Notes under the pieces: generated by a model
The model's database searches: none
What the model saw: the letters and a program-made list of their open reading frames with translations, nothing else
Told to the model about the DNA's origin: nothing
Part shown: positions 15,648-25,292 of the stretch, one piece after another
How the letters are laid out: the number at the start of each line of letters is the position of its first letter
How positions within the stretch are numbered: position 1 is the stretch's first letter
Origin: Chlamydiales bacterium
GTDB taxonomy: Bacteria; Chlamydiota; Chlamydiia; Chlamydiales; JAAKFR01
Direction of reading: 5' to 3'
DNA length: 64,000 nucleotides
NCBI GenBank assembly: GCA_022601445.1
Contig: JAJACP010000005.1
Span: forward strand, 21,806-85,805
Made by a program: the position numbers and the translations under genes

Positions 15648-18600
15648 ATGACTACTAGTGCACAGCCGCCGTCCGGTCCACAGTACAGCTGGTGGGACTG
15701 GATTCCTGGGGTCACCCTGTATAAGAATGCCACGCAAGCAGTAGTGAATGTTAACCAGATGTCAGCCCGCCCTGATCAAACTGCCGCACTCCTGGTACAG
15801 GGAGCAGTCGCTGGATATGGCTCCACAGGCAACGCCTCAACCGGAGGAGGCTCTGCTGCTGGAGGCCCTCCTAATGTGACTCAAGGAAATGCGCTTCTTA
15901 CCGGAGTGACCGCTTTGGCTGCCGGTAGTATGACCGACGCCTCAGTCTTTGTTTTAGAAAAACTTCTCGAAAACGCTGAAATTATTGATCCCCATTCCTC
16001 TGACATCCCTGCGACTACGACAACAACAACCACCGCGCCTCCACGCACACCTACAAGAGGGCAGTTAGCTGTTACAAGCCATTTGAAGGAGAGGTGCTTG
16101 GGCATTTTAAAAAATGCACGTACAACAAATGGCTCTCTACCGGATGCTGCAAAGCAAGTGTGGAGTATCCTCGACTCCTACCACATTGTGGCCGCAGGCG
16201 GGGTGAACATAAATGCAAAAAGTTCTGCATCTCCGGCTCTGAAAGTGGAGCGCTTTGGCGAAAATCAACTAGAAGCCGCTCAAAATGACGGATCAAACCC
16301 CATTTCGGATCTTGTCGAGTGTCAGGACAGGCTAAACAGAATTAGAACCCATTTTCATTTGCAACCGCCTGTTGAAACCTCCCCTCCCTCCTCGTCTGCA
16401 CAACCCATCCCCTTAGATACAGCACCCCCTCTTTCCCCCCAACAGCTCCGGGCTCTTCAAGCCGAAACGGACGCTGTCATTGCCCGTTTTTGCGAAAAAA
16501 CCCTCCATTTGAGCACGATGTATGCCATGATCACTCTTTTTGGTCATGAAATCGACCCCATAGAAATCCTTAGCCAGGCCAATGAGGAGACCTGTTACCA
16601 AGATTGCTATCTTAACGCAGTTGGAGGAGGGCGGCTTAGACAATTGATCTATAAAAACGTCTATCGTCTCATCTTAGCATTCATCACTCCTATGATCGAA
16701 AAAACGATTAGTGAAGTGATGACACATTTGAGAGAGTTTCTCAATGATAACGTGTCACTTCTTGGATTCACAGAACTGAAAATTAACCAATTAGCTGACT
16801 ACTACGCTCGTGTTGAAAGAGGACGGCAAGAATATGTGAGGGGACAGCGCCCGGGAGATCCGGGCTATCAAGCAGGGTCGTTCGACACCTTTCTTGAGCA
16901 CACCATTACCCGCTATGGGCGCAACGAGCTCACAAGAGAGCAAGTGATCAAAAAAGTGGGTGATTATCTGATTAACAATTTCACTCCAAGACCCACAGTT
17001 ACCATCCGTGGCTATCGCATTCCACTGATTTCTAGATTTTTAGAATGGATCATCCACTCGTGTCGAAAACTTTTGATTCGGGCTCTCCTGAACCGTACAG
17101 ACATGATACAAAATGCATTAGCTCAAGGGACCGGCTCCTCTTCCATTCATCATGCCCAACTCGGCTTAAAACAAATGCTTTTGAAAAAGCTGAAAGAGAT
17201 TAAAACAAATTTAGAGCGAGCCCGTTACCAAAGAACGACAGACAATAAAGAGGTTGACGAGCGGATGATTCTTGAGGCAAGAAAGGCGCGCATCATCACC
17301 TTGCGTCTCCATCAAGCGATTGCCCACCATAGCACAACTCTGCACCGTTTCATTGAAATTGAAGCGTGTAATCAAGATCCGTCTAAGTTGAGTACAATAG
17401 ATAATCAGATTGTCGGTTTGACTCAAGAGTTGATGGAAGCGATTAAAAAATACACTGAAATCGAAGTCTTTTCGCGCCAACAAGTTTTGGAAGATGCCAC
17501 CACAAACATGCTCGAGACAGCGCTGATTTCTCTATTTGAAGGTAAAGAGAGGCAAGTTGAAGAACAGATGCGCGGTGTGATTGAGATCTTTGAAAGAGCT
17601 TATGCTTTTACTCCACCAGGCAAACGGGAAAGATTAGAAGCACAATACCGCGCAGATTGCTCTCAAGCCGATCATGATATCAATAGCTTGTTAGAACAAC
17701 TTTCTCAAGTCGCGATTAAGGGCGCCATTCAAGATCACCTGAAAAATGCGAGCGCAGAAAAACATGAGCGCATCAAAGCCTTTGTCGAAAAACAAAAAGA
17801 AGAGATCCGCAGGTGCGCCGCAGATGTGGCAGCCATTGAAGAGCGCTTTACTGTTGATGAGCACAATGCACACCAGCTTAAAGATGAGCTGAATCGAGCG
17901 CTCTCGAAACTAGAAGCGCACCTTCGAAAAATTTCTGCGATTATGCGCAGTCCCGATCTCACAACAGATTGCTACTCAGATACTCGGGGCGATCTTTACA
18001 ATGGCTATGCCAGCTTAATCAAACAAATCGATCACGTCGCAGAACAGGTGATTGAACCGGCTCTCGTGGTTGTTGGAGAAATGGCGAAACTTGAAAAAAA
18101 ACTTAGTAAGCTCGAAAGAGAAGGTGCGGTTATTGGGGGCCTTGATGTGGTCAATCTCCCCGTAGACCAAGCACTGATTCAAATCAATTCCCTTACCCAA
18201 ACTCAAGCTGTCATGGATATGCGCGCTCAATGGGTACAATTGGGTGAGTTGGAAGTAGAGAGAGATTGGGCTCAGCTTGTTCAAGAGAGAGAGCAGTATA
18301 TCACAACAGATAGTCTGCTCCGGTCGCTTGCTACAACGTTACGTGCATGGAGTGACTTACGGGGAACCAATCGCACCTACCCAACTCAAGCAGTAGTCAA
18401 TCAAAGAAGACAAGAACTTGTAGTCAACATAGAGAGACTTCGAGATCAGCTCTTGGCTATTGAGAATGATGAGCTCCAAAATAGTGTTCTGAGTGTGTTG
18501 CAGGGAAAAAATGCTGCTGAGCTACAACGCTTGATTAACCCTTCGTGGAATTTTGGACGTAGAGCCACCATCTTTACCGATCTGGACGTACATTATCAAT

Positions 18601-19034
18601 ATCTAGAAGAGATGCCTCCTACCCCCCATATTAGAGCTTTAACTAGTGTGAATGCAGAAATGGACCGAGTGTGTGAGCAAATCGAACAGGCGTGTGCAGC
18701 TATTCACGCAACCACAGTAGCCCAAATCGATCACTTGAAAACGACATTGATACCTCAAAAACGGACCCGCTTGCAACAGATCAAAAGGGGTCTAGAGGGT
18801 GTGTCGAAATCTGTTGATGCTCTGGCAGACGAATTGGACGTGAAAGGATGTATTGTTTTTGGTCATCTTAAAATCACACAAAATCTAGATCGAATTGTGG
18901 CTCTAATCACTCCCCAAATTCTCCGTACAGTGGGAACACTGATTACCTCACTGGGAAAATCCTTCCATTATGAGCAGCTTGCCGTTAGAATCTTCCTTCT
19001 TGACCTTGCCAAAGAAATTAACTATGCTGCGTGA
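15648..19034 (+). CDS. large hypothetical protein (1128 aa): low-complexity Gly/Ser/Thr/Pro N-terminal region + long coiled-coil-rich body
   Basis: Uninterrupted ORF. Start placed at the ATG preceded by an RBS-like element (the track start TTG 15591 is less likely). N-terminal STGNASTGGGSAAGGPP and ATTTTTTTAPPRTPTRG; long E/K/R/Q/L heptad-like stretches. No enzymatic motif recognised. Confidence 0.7.
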   Translation: MTTSAQPPSGPQYSWWDWIPGVTLYKNATQAVVNVNQMSARPDQTAALLVQGAVAGYGSTGNASTGGGSAAGGPPNVTQGNALLTGVTALAAGSMTDASVFVLEKLLENAEIIDPHSSDIPATTTTTTTAPPRTPTRGQLAVTSHLKERCLGILKNARTTNGSLPDAAKQVWSILDSYHIVAAGGVNINAKSSASPALKVERFGENQLEAAQNDGSNPISDLVECQDRLNRIRTHFHLQPPVETSPPSSSAQPIPLDTAPPLSPQQLRALQAETDAVIARFCEKTLHLSTMYAMITLFGHEIDPIEILSQANEETCYQDCYLNAVGGGRLRQLIYKNVYRLILAFITPMIEKTISEVMTHLREFLNDNVSLLGFTELKINQLADYYARVERGRQEYVRGQRPGDPGYQAGSFDTFLEHTITRYGRNELTREQVIKKVGDYLINNFTPRPTVTIRGYRIPLISRFLEWIIHSCRKLLIRALLNRTDMIQNALAQGTGSSSIHHAQLGLKQMLLKKLKEIKTNLERARYQRTTDNKEVDERMILEARKARIITLRLHQAIAHHSTTLHRFIEIEACNQDPSKLSTIDNQIVGLTQELMEAIKKYTEIEVFSRQQVLEDATTNMLETALISLFEGKERQVEEQMRGVIEIFERAYAFTPPGKRERLEAQYRADCSQADHDINSLLEQLSQVAIKGAIQDHLKNASAEKHERIKAFVEKQKEEIRRCAADVAAIEERFTVDEHNAHQLKDELNRALSKLEAHLRKISAIMRSPDLTTDCYSDTRGDLYNGYASLIKQIDHVAEQVIEPALVVVGEMAKLEKKLSKLEREGAVIGGLDVVNLPVDQALIQINSLTQTQAVMDMRAQWVQLGELEVERDWAQLVQEREQYITTDSLLRSLATTLRAWSDLRGTNRTYPTQAVVNQRRQELVVNIERLRDQLLAIENDELQNSVLSVLQGKNAAELQRLINPSWNFGRRATIFTDLDVHYQYLEEMPPTPHIRALTSVNAEMDRVCEQIEQACAAIHATTVAQIDHLKTTLIPQKRTRLQQIKRGLEGVSKSVDALADELDVKGCIVFGHLKITQNLDRIVALITPQILRTVGTLITSLGKSFHYEQLAVRIFLLDLAKEINYAA

Positions 19035-19521
19035 ACCGACGGCCACTGTCTATATTATAGAAAATCAGCACGTTCTACTGGTTTATCATAAAAAGCTACA
19101 AAAATGGCTTCCACCAGGCGGACATCTGGAACCCAATGAGCTGCCGCCTGAGGGAGCACTTCGAGAAGCAAAAGAAGAGACTGGCCTTGAGATCGCTCTC
19201 TCTCATCAAGAAAATATCTGGATCAAACCGAGATGGAACGGAAGAAGTTTCGCCCGCCCTTACATGTGTCTACTCGAGCACATTCCTGAACATAAGGGAC
19301 ACCCCGCACACGAACACATCGACTTTATCTATGTGGGTCATCCTGTCGGGGGAACGGTGATTCACAATGAAAGCGAAACCGATGCGATCCGTTGGTTTTC
19401 ATTGACTGAGATTGAAGCACTAGAAAAAGATGTAGAAATCTTCGAGGAAACATCTCTTGTAATTTCACAACTTATAAAGCATAAATTGCTTCCATCTGAT
19501 CAAGTGTGTGATCCAGTGTAA
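19024..19521 (+). CDS. NUDIX hydrolase
   Basis: Nudix box GGHLEPNELPPEGALREAKEETGLE. Start at ATG 19024 overlaps the upstream stop by 11 nt. Confidence 0.8.
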   Translation: MLREPTATVYIIENQHVLLVYHKKLQKWLPPGGHLEPNELPPEGALREAKEETGLEIALSHQENIWIKPRWNGRSFARPYMCLLEHIPEHKGHPAHEHIDFIYVGHPVGGTVIHNESETDAIRWFSLTEIEALEKDVEIFEETSLVISQLIKHKLLPSDQVCDPV

Positions 19522-20554
19522 AGTTCTGCTTCACCAGTTCTTTAGCCCGCTCCCCAAACTCTTTTCTGAGCGCAGCATCTTGAGCAAGACGCTTGACAGC
19601 AAGCGCAACCGCTTCTGGATCACGCTTGGGAACTTGAAAACCGGTTTTTCCCTCTAAACAGACCTCTCCCAGTCCCCCCACAGTTGTCGTGACAAGCGGT
19701 TTTGCCAACCAGGCTGCTTGCAAGCTCGCCTGGCTCACTCCCTCATTGGCCCAGCTCAAAAGCAGGAAAACATCCATCGCGGCCAAAGCAGTGCTAGGAG
19801 AGGCAAGGTGCCCAGTAAAAAAGACTCTTTCACCCAGTCCCAGCTCTTTGTGCTCTCTATGAAAGTGGTTTTCACTCGCTCCTGAACCGACAACCACCCA
19901 CTTTAAGTTGGGCACATCTTCCAGCAGCTTGGCCGCATGTAAAAGATCAGAAACTCCCTTCCATCCCCTCAAGACACAAAGCGTTCCTACAAGGCACTCT
20001 TCTGGTTTTACCCCCAAACTCTCGCGAAAGGCACGCACCTCATCAGGAGCGCACACCAGTTTCTCAGGATTGACACCAGTCGGAATGCTGCGACACCGAT
20101 GCAGAGGAAGACGGGCTTGCTCTTGAATCACCTCCACCACTGATTGACACGTTGTCACCACATAGTCAGCCAACCAGTTATAGAGAAGGCGGCTATTCAC
20201 CCCTTTACGGATCGGTGTGGAGAGATGGCGCGTCCGAATCACCCGACTTCCACTGACTTTTCCGGCAATACCACCGACCCACGCATCGAGAGAGGAGTGG
20301 GTATTGACAATCTCAATACCATGCTTCCGGATGATACGCAGAAGCTGATAAAAGGCTTGAAACAGACGGGTTTTTTGGAAAGAGATCTCGTAAACCAAAA
20401 ATCCCGCTTTACGTGCAGGCTGCACCAAACCGCCTCCCTCTTGAACGGCTATAATCACCTGATGGCCACGCGCGCGCATCCCTTCAGCCTCGGATAAAAT
20501 ACGTAACTCTTGCCCTCCCCAACCGGGAGAGGCTTCTGTGTGTAAAATTTTCAT
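19472..20554 (-). CDS. glycosyltransferase family 4 (GT-B, group 1)
   Basis: N-terminal MKILHTEASPGWGGQE and a C-terminal E-x7-E-like region (SWANEGVSQASLQAAWLAKPLVTTTVGGLGEV). Confidence 0.8.
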   Translation of the reverse strand: MKILHTEASPGWGGQELRILSEAEGMRARGHQVIIAVQEGGGLVQPARKAGFLVYEISFQKTRLFQAFYQLLRIIRKHGIEIVNTHSSLDAWVGGIAGKVSGSRVIRTRHLSTPIRKGVNSRLLYNWLADYVVTTCQSVVEVIQEQARLPLHRCRSIPTGVNPEKLVCAPDEVRAFRESLGVKPEECLVGTLCVLRGWKGVSDLLHAAKLLEDVPNLKWVVVGSGASENHFHREHKELGLGERVFFTGHLASPSTALAAMDVFLLLSWANEGVSQASLQAAWLAKPLVTTTVGGLGEVCLEGKTGFQVPKRDPEAVALAVKRLAQDAALRKEFGERAKELVKQNFTLDHTLDQMEAIYAL

Positions 20555-21567
20555 TTGCTTAACATCAATTGCTTTAAAACCCGTTTATGCCCCGATGAAA
20601 AAGGGAGAGTACTGAGCTCTTTTTGCTCTCTCCACTCATACCGCTCATCTAATGCCTGTGCGCGTAGGCGATGGGGAAAAAGGCGCACCCGAAAACGGGT
20701 AAAACTATGCTGCTGCTCCGGCAACGGATGCAGATACTCTAACTCTAACCCCAATGCCTCTTCTAGTAGTGCGGTCGCCTCCCCTTTTTTTTCAACATAA
20801 GGGAATTGATACAAATCGGCCATCACCTTTCCCTTCTCTCCTTTTTGAACCAGAACCTTCTCTCCGCACTCAATCACTCCCACAACCCGATTGAGAAGAA
20901 TGGCCTCTTGCCGCGCTTTGCGCTTAGGAAGCTCAGTTGTTCTCTGATGACGATAGGCTAAACACCCTTTTTTAAGGGGACATTTGAAACACGTTGGCAC
21001 TTTTTTGCAGACAGTTGCCCCCAACTCAATCAACCCTTCACTGACAAGCCAAGGCTCTTCATCGGGCAAAGATGACTCAACTAATGCGGTTATTTTTTTG
21101 CGTGTCTGTGGCAGGTCAATCGACTCCTCTACGGCATAATAGCGACTCGCCACCCGCAACACGTTTCCATCGACTGCTGCCGCTTTTTGACGAAAAGCAA
21201 AACTGCGTAAGGCGCCCACAGTATACGGCCCTATCCCTTTGATCTGCGCTAACTGCTCCCTGCCAGGGGGAAGCTCGCCTCCAAACTCCTGGACAACCAA
21301 CTGGGCAGCTTGGTGTAAGTTGCGGGCGCGGGAGTAATAACCAAGTCCCTCCCATATCTTTAACACCTTCTCTACAGGAGCTCTAGCAAGCGCCTCAATT
21401 GTCGGAAACGCCTCCATCCAACGGGCAAAATAGGGAATCACAACAGCCACTTGTGTCTGTTGCAACATCACCTCTGAGACCCACACCCGATAGGGAGTCG
21501 GCTCTTCACGCCAAGGTAACGAACGACGGTGCGACAAAAACCATGCTTTTATGCTATCACTATCCAC
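20551..21567 (-). CDS. mutY: A/G-specific adenine DNA glycosylase
   Basis: HhH-GPD region (IKGIGPYTVGAL), Fe-S cluster loop CKKVPTCFKCPLKKGC, and a NUDIX-like C-terminal domain. Confidence 0.85.
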   Translation of the reverse strand: MDSDSIKAWFLSHRRSLPWREEPTPYRVWVSEVMLQQTQVAVVIPYFARWMEAFPTIEALARAPVEKVLKIWEGLGYYSRARNLHQAAQLVVQEFGGELPPGREQLAQIKGIGPYTVGALRSFAFRQKAAAVDGNVLRVASRYYAVEESIDLPQTRKKITALVESSLPDEEPWLVSEGLIELGATVCKKVPTCFKCPLKKGCLAYRHQRTTELPKRKARQEAILLNRVVGVIECGEKVLVQKGEKGKVMADLYQFPYVEKKGEATALLEEALGLELEYLHPLPEQQHSFTRFRVRLFPHRLRAQALDERYEWREQKELSTLPFSSGHKRVLKQLMLSK

Positions 21568-21593
21568 AGGCGTAACAGACTACCTTTTTTCTC

Positions 21594-22679
21594 ATGTCAA
21601 GAAAAGCTATTTTTGTCGCAGCAACCGGTCAAAACGTGGGTAAAACCACTATTTGTTTAGGAATGATTGCGGCTTTGAAAAAAAAGTTCCCCAAACTCGG
21701 CTTTATGAAACCCGTGGGCCAACAACACGTCTGTGTAGGCTCTTCACTTCTGGTCGATAAAGATGTGGTTCTGTTTAAAGAACACTTCAACCTTCCAACC
21801 CGCTACGAAGACATGAGTCCTGTGATTTTTCCGCGCGGATTCACAAGAGAGTATCTGGATGGCAAAGTCGATCCCTCCCTACTTAAAGACAAAATCACCA
21901 TCTCTTTTGCCCACATTCAGAAAGCCAATGATTTCACCATCGTAGAAGGGACTGGACACGTCGGTGTCGGTTCAATTGTGACACTCAATAATGCGACCGT
22001 TGCGGCTCAACTGGGCCTCGAGGTGGTGATCATTGCCAAAGGAGGACTTGGAAGCGCTTTTGACGAACTTGCACTCAATAAAACCCTCTGCGATCAAGTC
22101 GGCGTCAAAATCGCGGGCGTCATTCTCAACCGGGTCATCCCCGAAAAAAATGAGATGATCCTCACGTATATCACTAAGGCACTCAAACGGTGGAATATCC
22201 CCCTGATTGGTTCGATTCCGTATAATCAATTTTTGAGCACGCCCTCCATGGAGGACTTTGAAAATCTTTTTAAGACACGGCTGATTTCAGGTGAGAGCTA
22301 CCACTACAGCCACTTTGAAACCATGCGCCTGATCGCCACCTCAGTAGAGACGTTCAAAGAAAGACTTTTTCCCAATCAATTGATCGTCACCCCCGCTACC
22401 CGAGAAGATATCATTCGCTGCTTGATCGACACCAGGCAACACGCCCATAATGGGCCCGAACACGGCCTGATCCTCACAGGACAACACCCTCCTCACCCCC
22501 ACCTTGTTGAACAACTTAAACAAGCAGATATCCCCAGTCTCTACGCCGCCTACACTAGCTTCGATGCCATGAAGATGATCACCTCATTTATCGCCAAAAT
22601 TCGTAAAGAAGATAGTTCAAAAGTAGAAAAGGCAATTGAACTCGTCGAATCCCATCTCGATCTTTCAAAAATACTCTGA
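21594..22679 (+). CDS. BioD/CobQ-like P-loop domain + DRTGG domain protein (phosphotransacetylase N-terminal-like)
   Basis: N-terminal IFVAATGQNVGKTTICLG P-loop of the dethiobiotin-synthase-like fold. The C-terminal half has a DRTGG-like layout. No acetyltransferase domain. Confidence 0.6.
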   Translation: MSRKAIFVAATGQNVGKTTICLGMIAALKKKFPKLGFMKPVGQQHVCVGSSLLVDKDVVLFKEHFNLPTRYEDMSPVIFPRGFTREYLDGKVDPSLLKDKITISFAHIQKANDFTIVEGTGHVGVGSIVTLNNATVAAQLGLEVVIIAKGGLGSAFDELALNKTLCDQVGVKIAGVILNRVIPEKNEMILTYITKALKRWNIPLIGSIPYNQFLSTPSMEDFENLFKTRLISGESYHYSHFETMRLIATSVETFKERLFPNQLIVTPATREDIIRCLIDTRQHAHNGPEHGLILTGQHPPHPHLVEQLKQADIPSLYAAYTSFDAMKMITSFIAKIRKEDSSKVEKAIELVESHLDLSKIL

Positions 22680-22717
22680 TATTTCTATTTAATACTCAAT
22701 ATGTTACAATCGTAGTA

Positions 22718-23485
22718 ATGATTGTTAACACAAAAAACACAAGCTCCCATTGGGAAGCATTTGCGCCTCAAGCCAAAACCGATTTGATCATCAAAAAAAT
22801 CGCAGTGGCTACCATTGCCCTCTTAAACTTAGCTGCTTTAGGGGCTGTCTTCTACTACCTTGTAACCTACTGCCCGCTGGCCTCAACTCCTTATCTCGTC
22901 TCTCCCTACGTTGCAGCTGTCATTGGCACTCTTGCCTCTTTGAAATTCCCGACCTTGGGAATCTCTTCGAGTAACTACTCTAAGTACACAAACCCAGTTG
23001 CTCTATTGGGACAAGGTCTGGCTTACCTCTTTTTTGGCCCGTACAAATATGCGGTGAAACACTGTGACTGGACGCCCTACCATGATCCGCACGTTGCCAA
23101 CGCACTCGCTCACGATATTCAATCTCTATCCCTTAAAGAGTTGGCGGAAAAACATGGAGAACATTTCTCTAATCTATTCAAATACGGAATCATTCCGGAT
23201 GCATTTAAAGACGAGCTGCACACTCTCTATCAAGATAATAAGCCGGTTCAAAAAGGGCGGGAATACTATAAAAGGCAAAAACTCGACTGGCACGGCCAAA
23301 ATAAGAAATTCGAACAAGAGGAAGCCAAACTTGAGGCGAGATGGAACGATTTAAGAGCACGTATTATCCCCTATCTCCACTTCCCTGAGCTCCCCGCTCA
23401 CGATTTTGGAAGCCCCCTCACTCAAGCGCGCTTGGATATGGAAAGCTCCTCTTGGTATCGCCATCCTTTTCAAGCACGCGCCTGA
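22718..23485 (+). CDS. hypothetical membrane protein with an Inc-like bilobed hydrophobic segment
   Basis: IAVATIALLNLAALGAVFYYLV ... YVAAVIGTLASL, followed by a charged soluble C-terminus. The last 135 nt overlap the convergent GT9 gene. Confidence 0.5.
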   Translation: MIVNTKNTSSHWEAFAPQAKTDLIIKKIAVATIALLNLAALGAVFYYLVTYCPLASTPYLVSPYVAAVIGTLASLKFPTLGISSSNYSKYTNPVALLGQGLAYLFFGPYKYAVKHCDWTPYHDPHVANALAHDIQSLSLKELAEKHGEHFSNLFKYGIIPDAFKDELHTLYQDNKPVQKGREYYKRQKLDWHGQNKKFEQEEAKLEARWNDLRARIIPYLHFPELPAHDFGSPLTQARLDMESSSWYRHPFQARA

Positions 23486-24421
23486 GGGGCATGTTCTTAA
23501 TTGAGGACAACTCTTTTTAAACGTGACTCCGTAGGGACACTCACCTTGTATTGCCGTATGCCCCTCACCTGGAGGCATATATTTTTTTGCCAACGAGGGG
23601 CCAAAAAAGCTCAGTGTGGGGGTCTGAGTTGTGGCAGCAAGGTGTAACGGGAGCGAATCCATGGCAATCACGCGTGAGCAGCGCGCCATTACATGCTGTA
23701 ATACGGGGAGAGAGCACCGCTCCAAAACAACGCTTGTCGCAAAGTGAGACGCAAGCTTGGCAGCTTTCATACGCTCCTCTTCGGTTCCCCAGGCAAAAAG
23801 GTAGGGCCCACAATCAAGCCGCTTTAAAAGAGCCAAAAGTTGAGGGTAAGAGAGCTGTTTATTTTCCCAAGCAGAGCCGCAACAGACAAGAGTGGCGCCT
23901 GATAAAACTCCATCCACCTGCTTTCTTTCCTCATCACATAGGTTTAAGGTGACAGGTTGAAATACATACGGCTTTGCATCGCCAAAATACTGTTGAACGA
24001 TCGATAGATAGTCATCTCGAATATTCTGTCCGGGGGGCGGATTGAATTTTTGTCCGGTGAAAAGAGCATTGGGCCACTCGGAAACTGTTTTCCATCCAAA
24101 TCCCACTTTTTTCTTTGCTCGGATCTGCCTAAGCACCACACTCGATTTGATATTTCCTTGCAGATCAAAGGCGACATCATAACAAGTCTCACGCACAGGG
24201 CCAAGAGCGCTACGGCTCCGCCACGGACTTTTTCTCCATTTTTTACTATTAATCATGAAGACCCGATCGACCTGTGGGTGGGCGCAAATCAGCTCGGCAA
24301 AGCGCTCTTCGACCACCCAATCAATTTGCGCCTCGGGGTATTTCTCTCTTAAGTAGCCCAGAGTCGGGAAAACATGGATGAGATCACCTAAAGCAGATGT
24401 TTTAATAATTAATATTTTCAT
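23351..24421 (-). CDS. glycosyltransferase family 9 (ADP-heptose:LPS heptosyltransferase-like)
   Basis: MKILIIKTSALGDLIHVFPTLGYLREKYPEAQIDWVVEERF and VIAMDSLPLHLAATTQTPTLSFFGPS are typical RfaF/WaaC-family motifs. Confidence 0.8.
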   Translation of the reverse strand: MKILIIKTSALGDLIHVFPTLGYLREKYPEAQIDWVVEERFAELICAHPQVDRVFMINSKKWRKSPWRSRSALGPVRETCYDVAFDLQGNIKSSVVLRQIRAKKKVGFGWKTVSEWPNALFTGQKFNPPPGQNIRDDYLSIVQQYFGDAKPYVFQPVTLNLCDEERKQVDGVLSGATLVCCGSAWENKQLSYPQLLALLKRLDCGPYLFAWGTEEERMKAAKLASHFATSVVLERCSLPVLQHVMARCSRVIAMDSLPLHLAATTQTPTLSFFGPSLAKKYMPPGEGHTAIQGECPYGVTFKKSCPQLRTCPSGACLKRMAIPRGAFHIQARLSEGASKIVSGELREVEIGDNTCS

Positions 24422-24460
24422 GACTCTTATAGAGAAATAATATAAAATACTCCCATTATT

Positions 24461-25237
24461 ATGAAGTTATCTGTTTCTTCTCCAGCCCGCCTCCTTACTT
24501 TTGTGAAAAATCATCTCGATTTTTCTACCAAAGATCTCCGCTGGTCTATTGAAAATGGACGATGTTTTGTCAATGGCCAGATTGAACGGTTTTGCTCTAC
24601 CCGGCTTCATACAGGAGATACAGTCCAAATTTGGCCCTTAACAAGACCTCTGTTCATACGCGAAGAGAAGCGCGTCCTTCATGAAGAGGACGATTTTTTG
24701 GTCTACGATAAACCTCCCTACATCGCCTCTTCAGATTTAGCCAAAATCCTCGACTTAACACTAGTCCACCGTCTTGACCGCGATACATCAGGAGTCATTC
24801 TTTTTGCAAAAAAGAATCCCGAACGGCTTGAAGAGCTCTTTCGCGAGCGAAAAATCCGCAAAACCTACCATGCGATTGTAGAAGGAGCCCCTAAAAAAAC
24901 CGGCTCTTTTTCAGCACCAATGCAAGAGATCAAACGGTGGGAAGGAGCTGTGATGTGGGGAGTCTCCTCTAAAGGATTGTGGTCTGAAACCGAATGGGAG
25001 TGTGAAGCCTACGGCAAGAAAACTACCCTCATTCGTTGCCATCCCATTACAGGTCGTACTCATCAGATTCGGGTGCATATGCAGGCAATAGGCCACCCCA
25101 TTCTCGGAGATTGTATCTACGGGAACCGAAAAGGAGCTCCCGGTCTGTTTCGCCCCCTCCTTCACGCTTCGGCACTCGCGTTTGAAAATTTTTGTTTCCA
25201 CTCCCCTCTTCCCACAGATATCCGAAATCCTTCTTGA
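24461..25237 (+). CDS. RluA-family pseudouridine synthase
   Basis: S4-like N-terminus, catalytic HRLDRDTSGVILFAK, and TGRTHQIRVH. Confidence 0.85.
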   Translation: MKLSVSSPARLLTFVKNHLDFSTKDLRWSIENGRCFVNGQIERFCSTRLHTGDTVQIWPLTRPLFIREEKRVLHEEDDFLVYDKPPYIASSDLAKILDLTLVHRLDRDTSGVILFAKKNPERLEELFRERKIRKTYHAIVEGAPKKTGSFSAPMQEIKRWEGAVMWGVSSKGLWSETEWECEAYGKKTTLIRCHPITGRTHQIRVHMQAIGHPILGDCIYGNRKGAPGLFRPLLHASALAFENFCFHSPLPTDIRNPS

Positions 25238-25292
25238 AAAGTGCGCCTCTTTTCACTAAAGTAGTTCCTTCAAACATCAAAAGGTACCCCTT

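Noticed and set aside
15881-16105. 74-aa minus-strand ORF containing a poly-Val run
   Set aside because: It is the reverse-complement reading of the poly-Thr (ACN) tract of the large coiled-coil protein gene.
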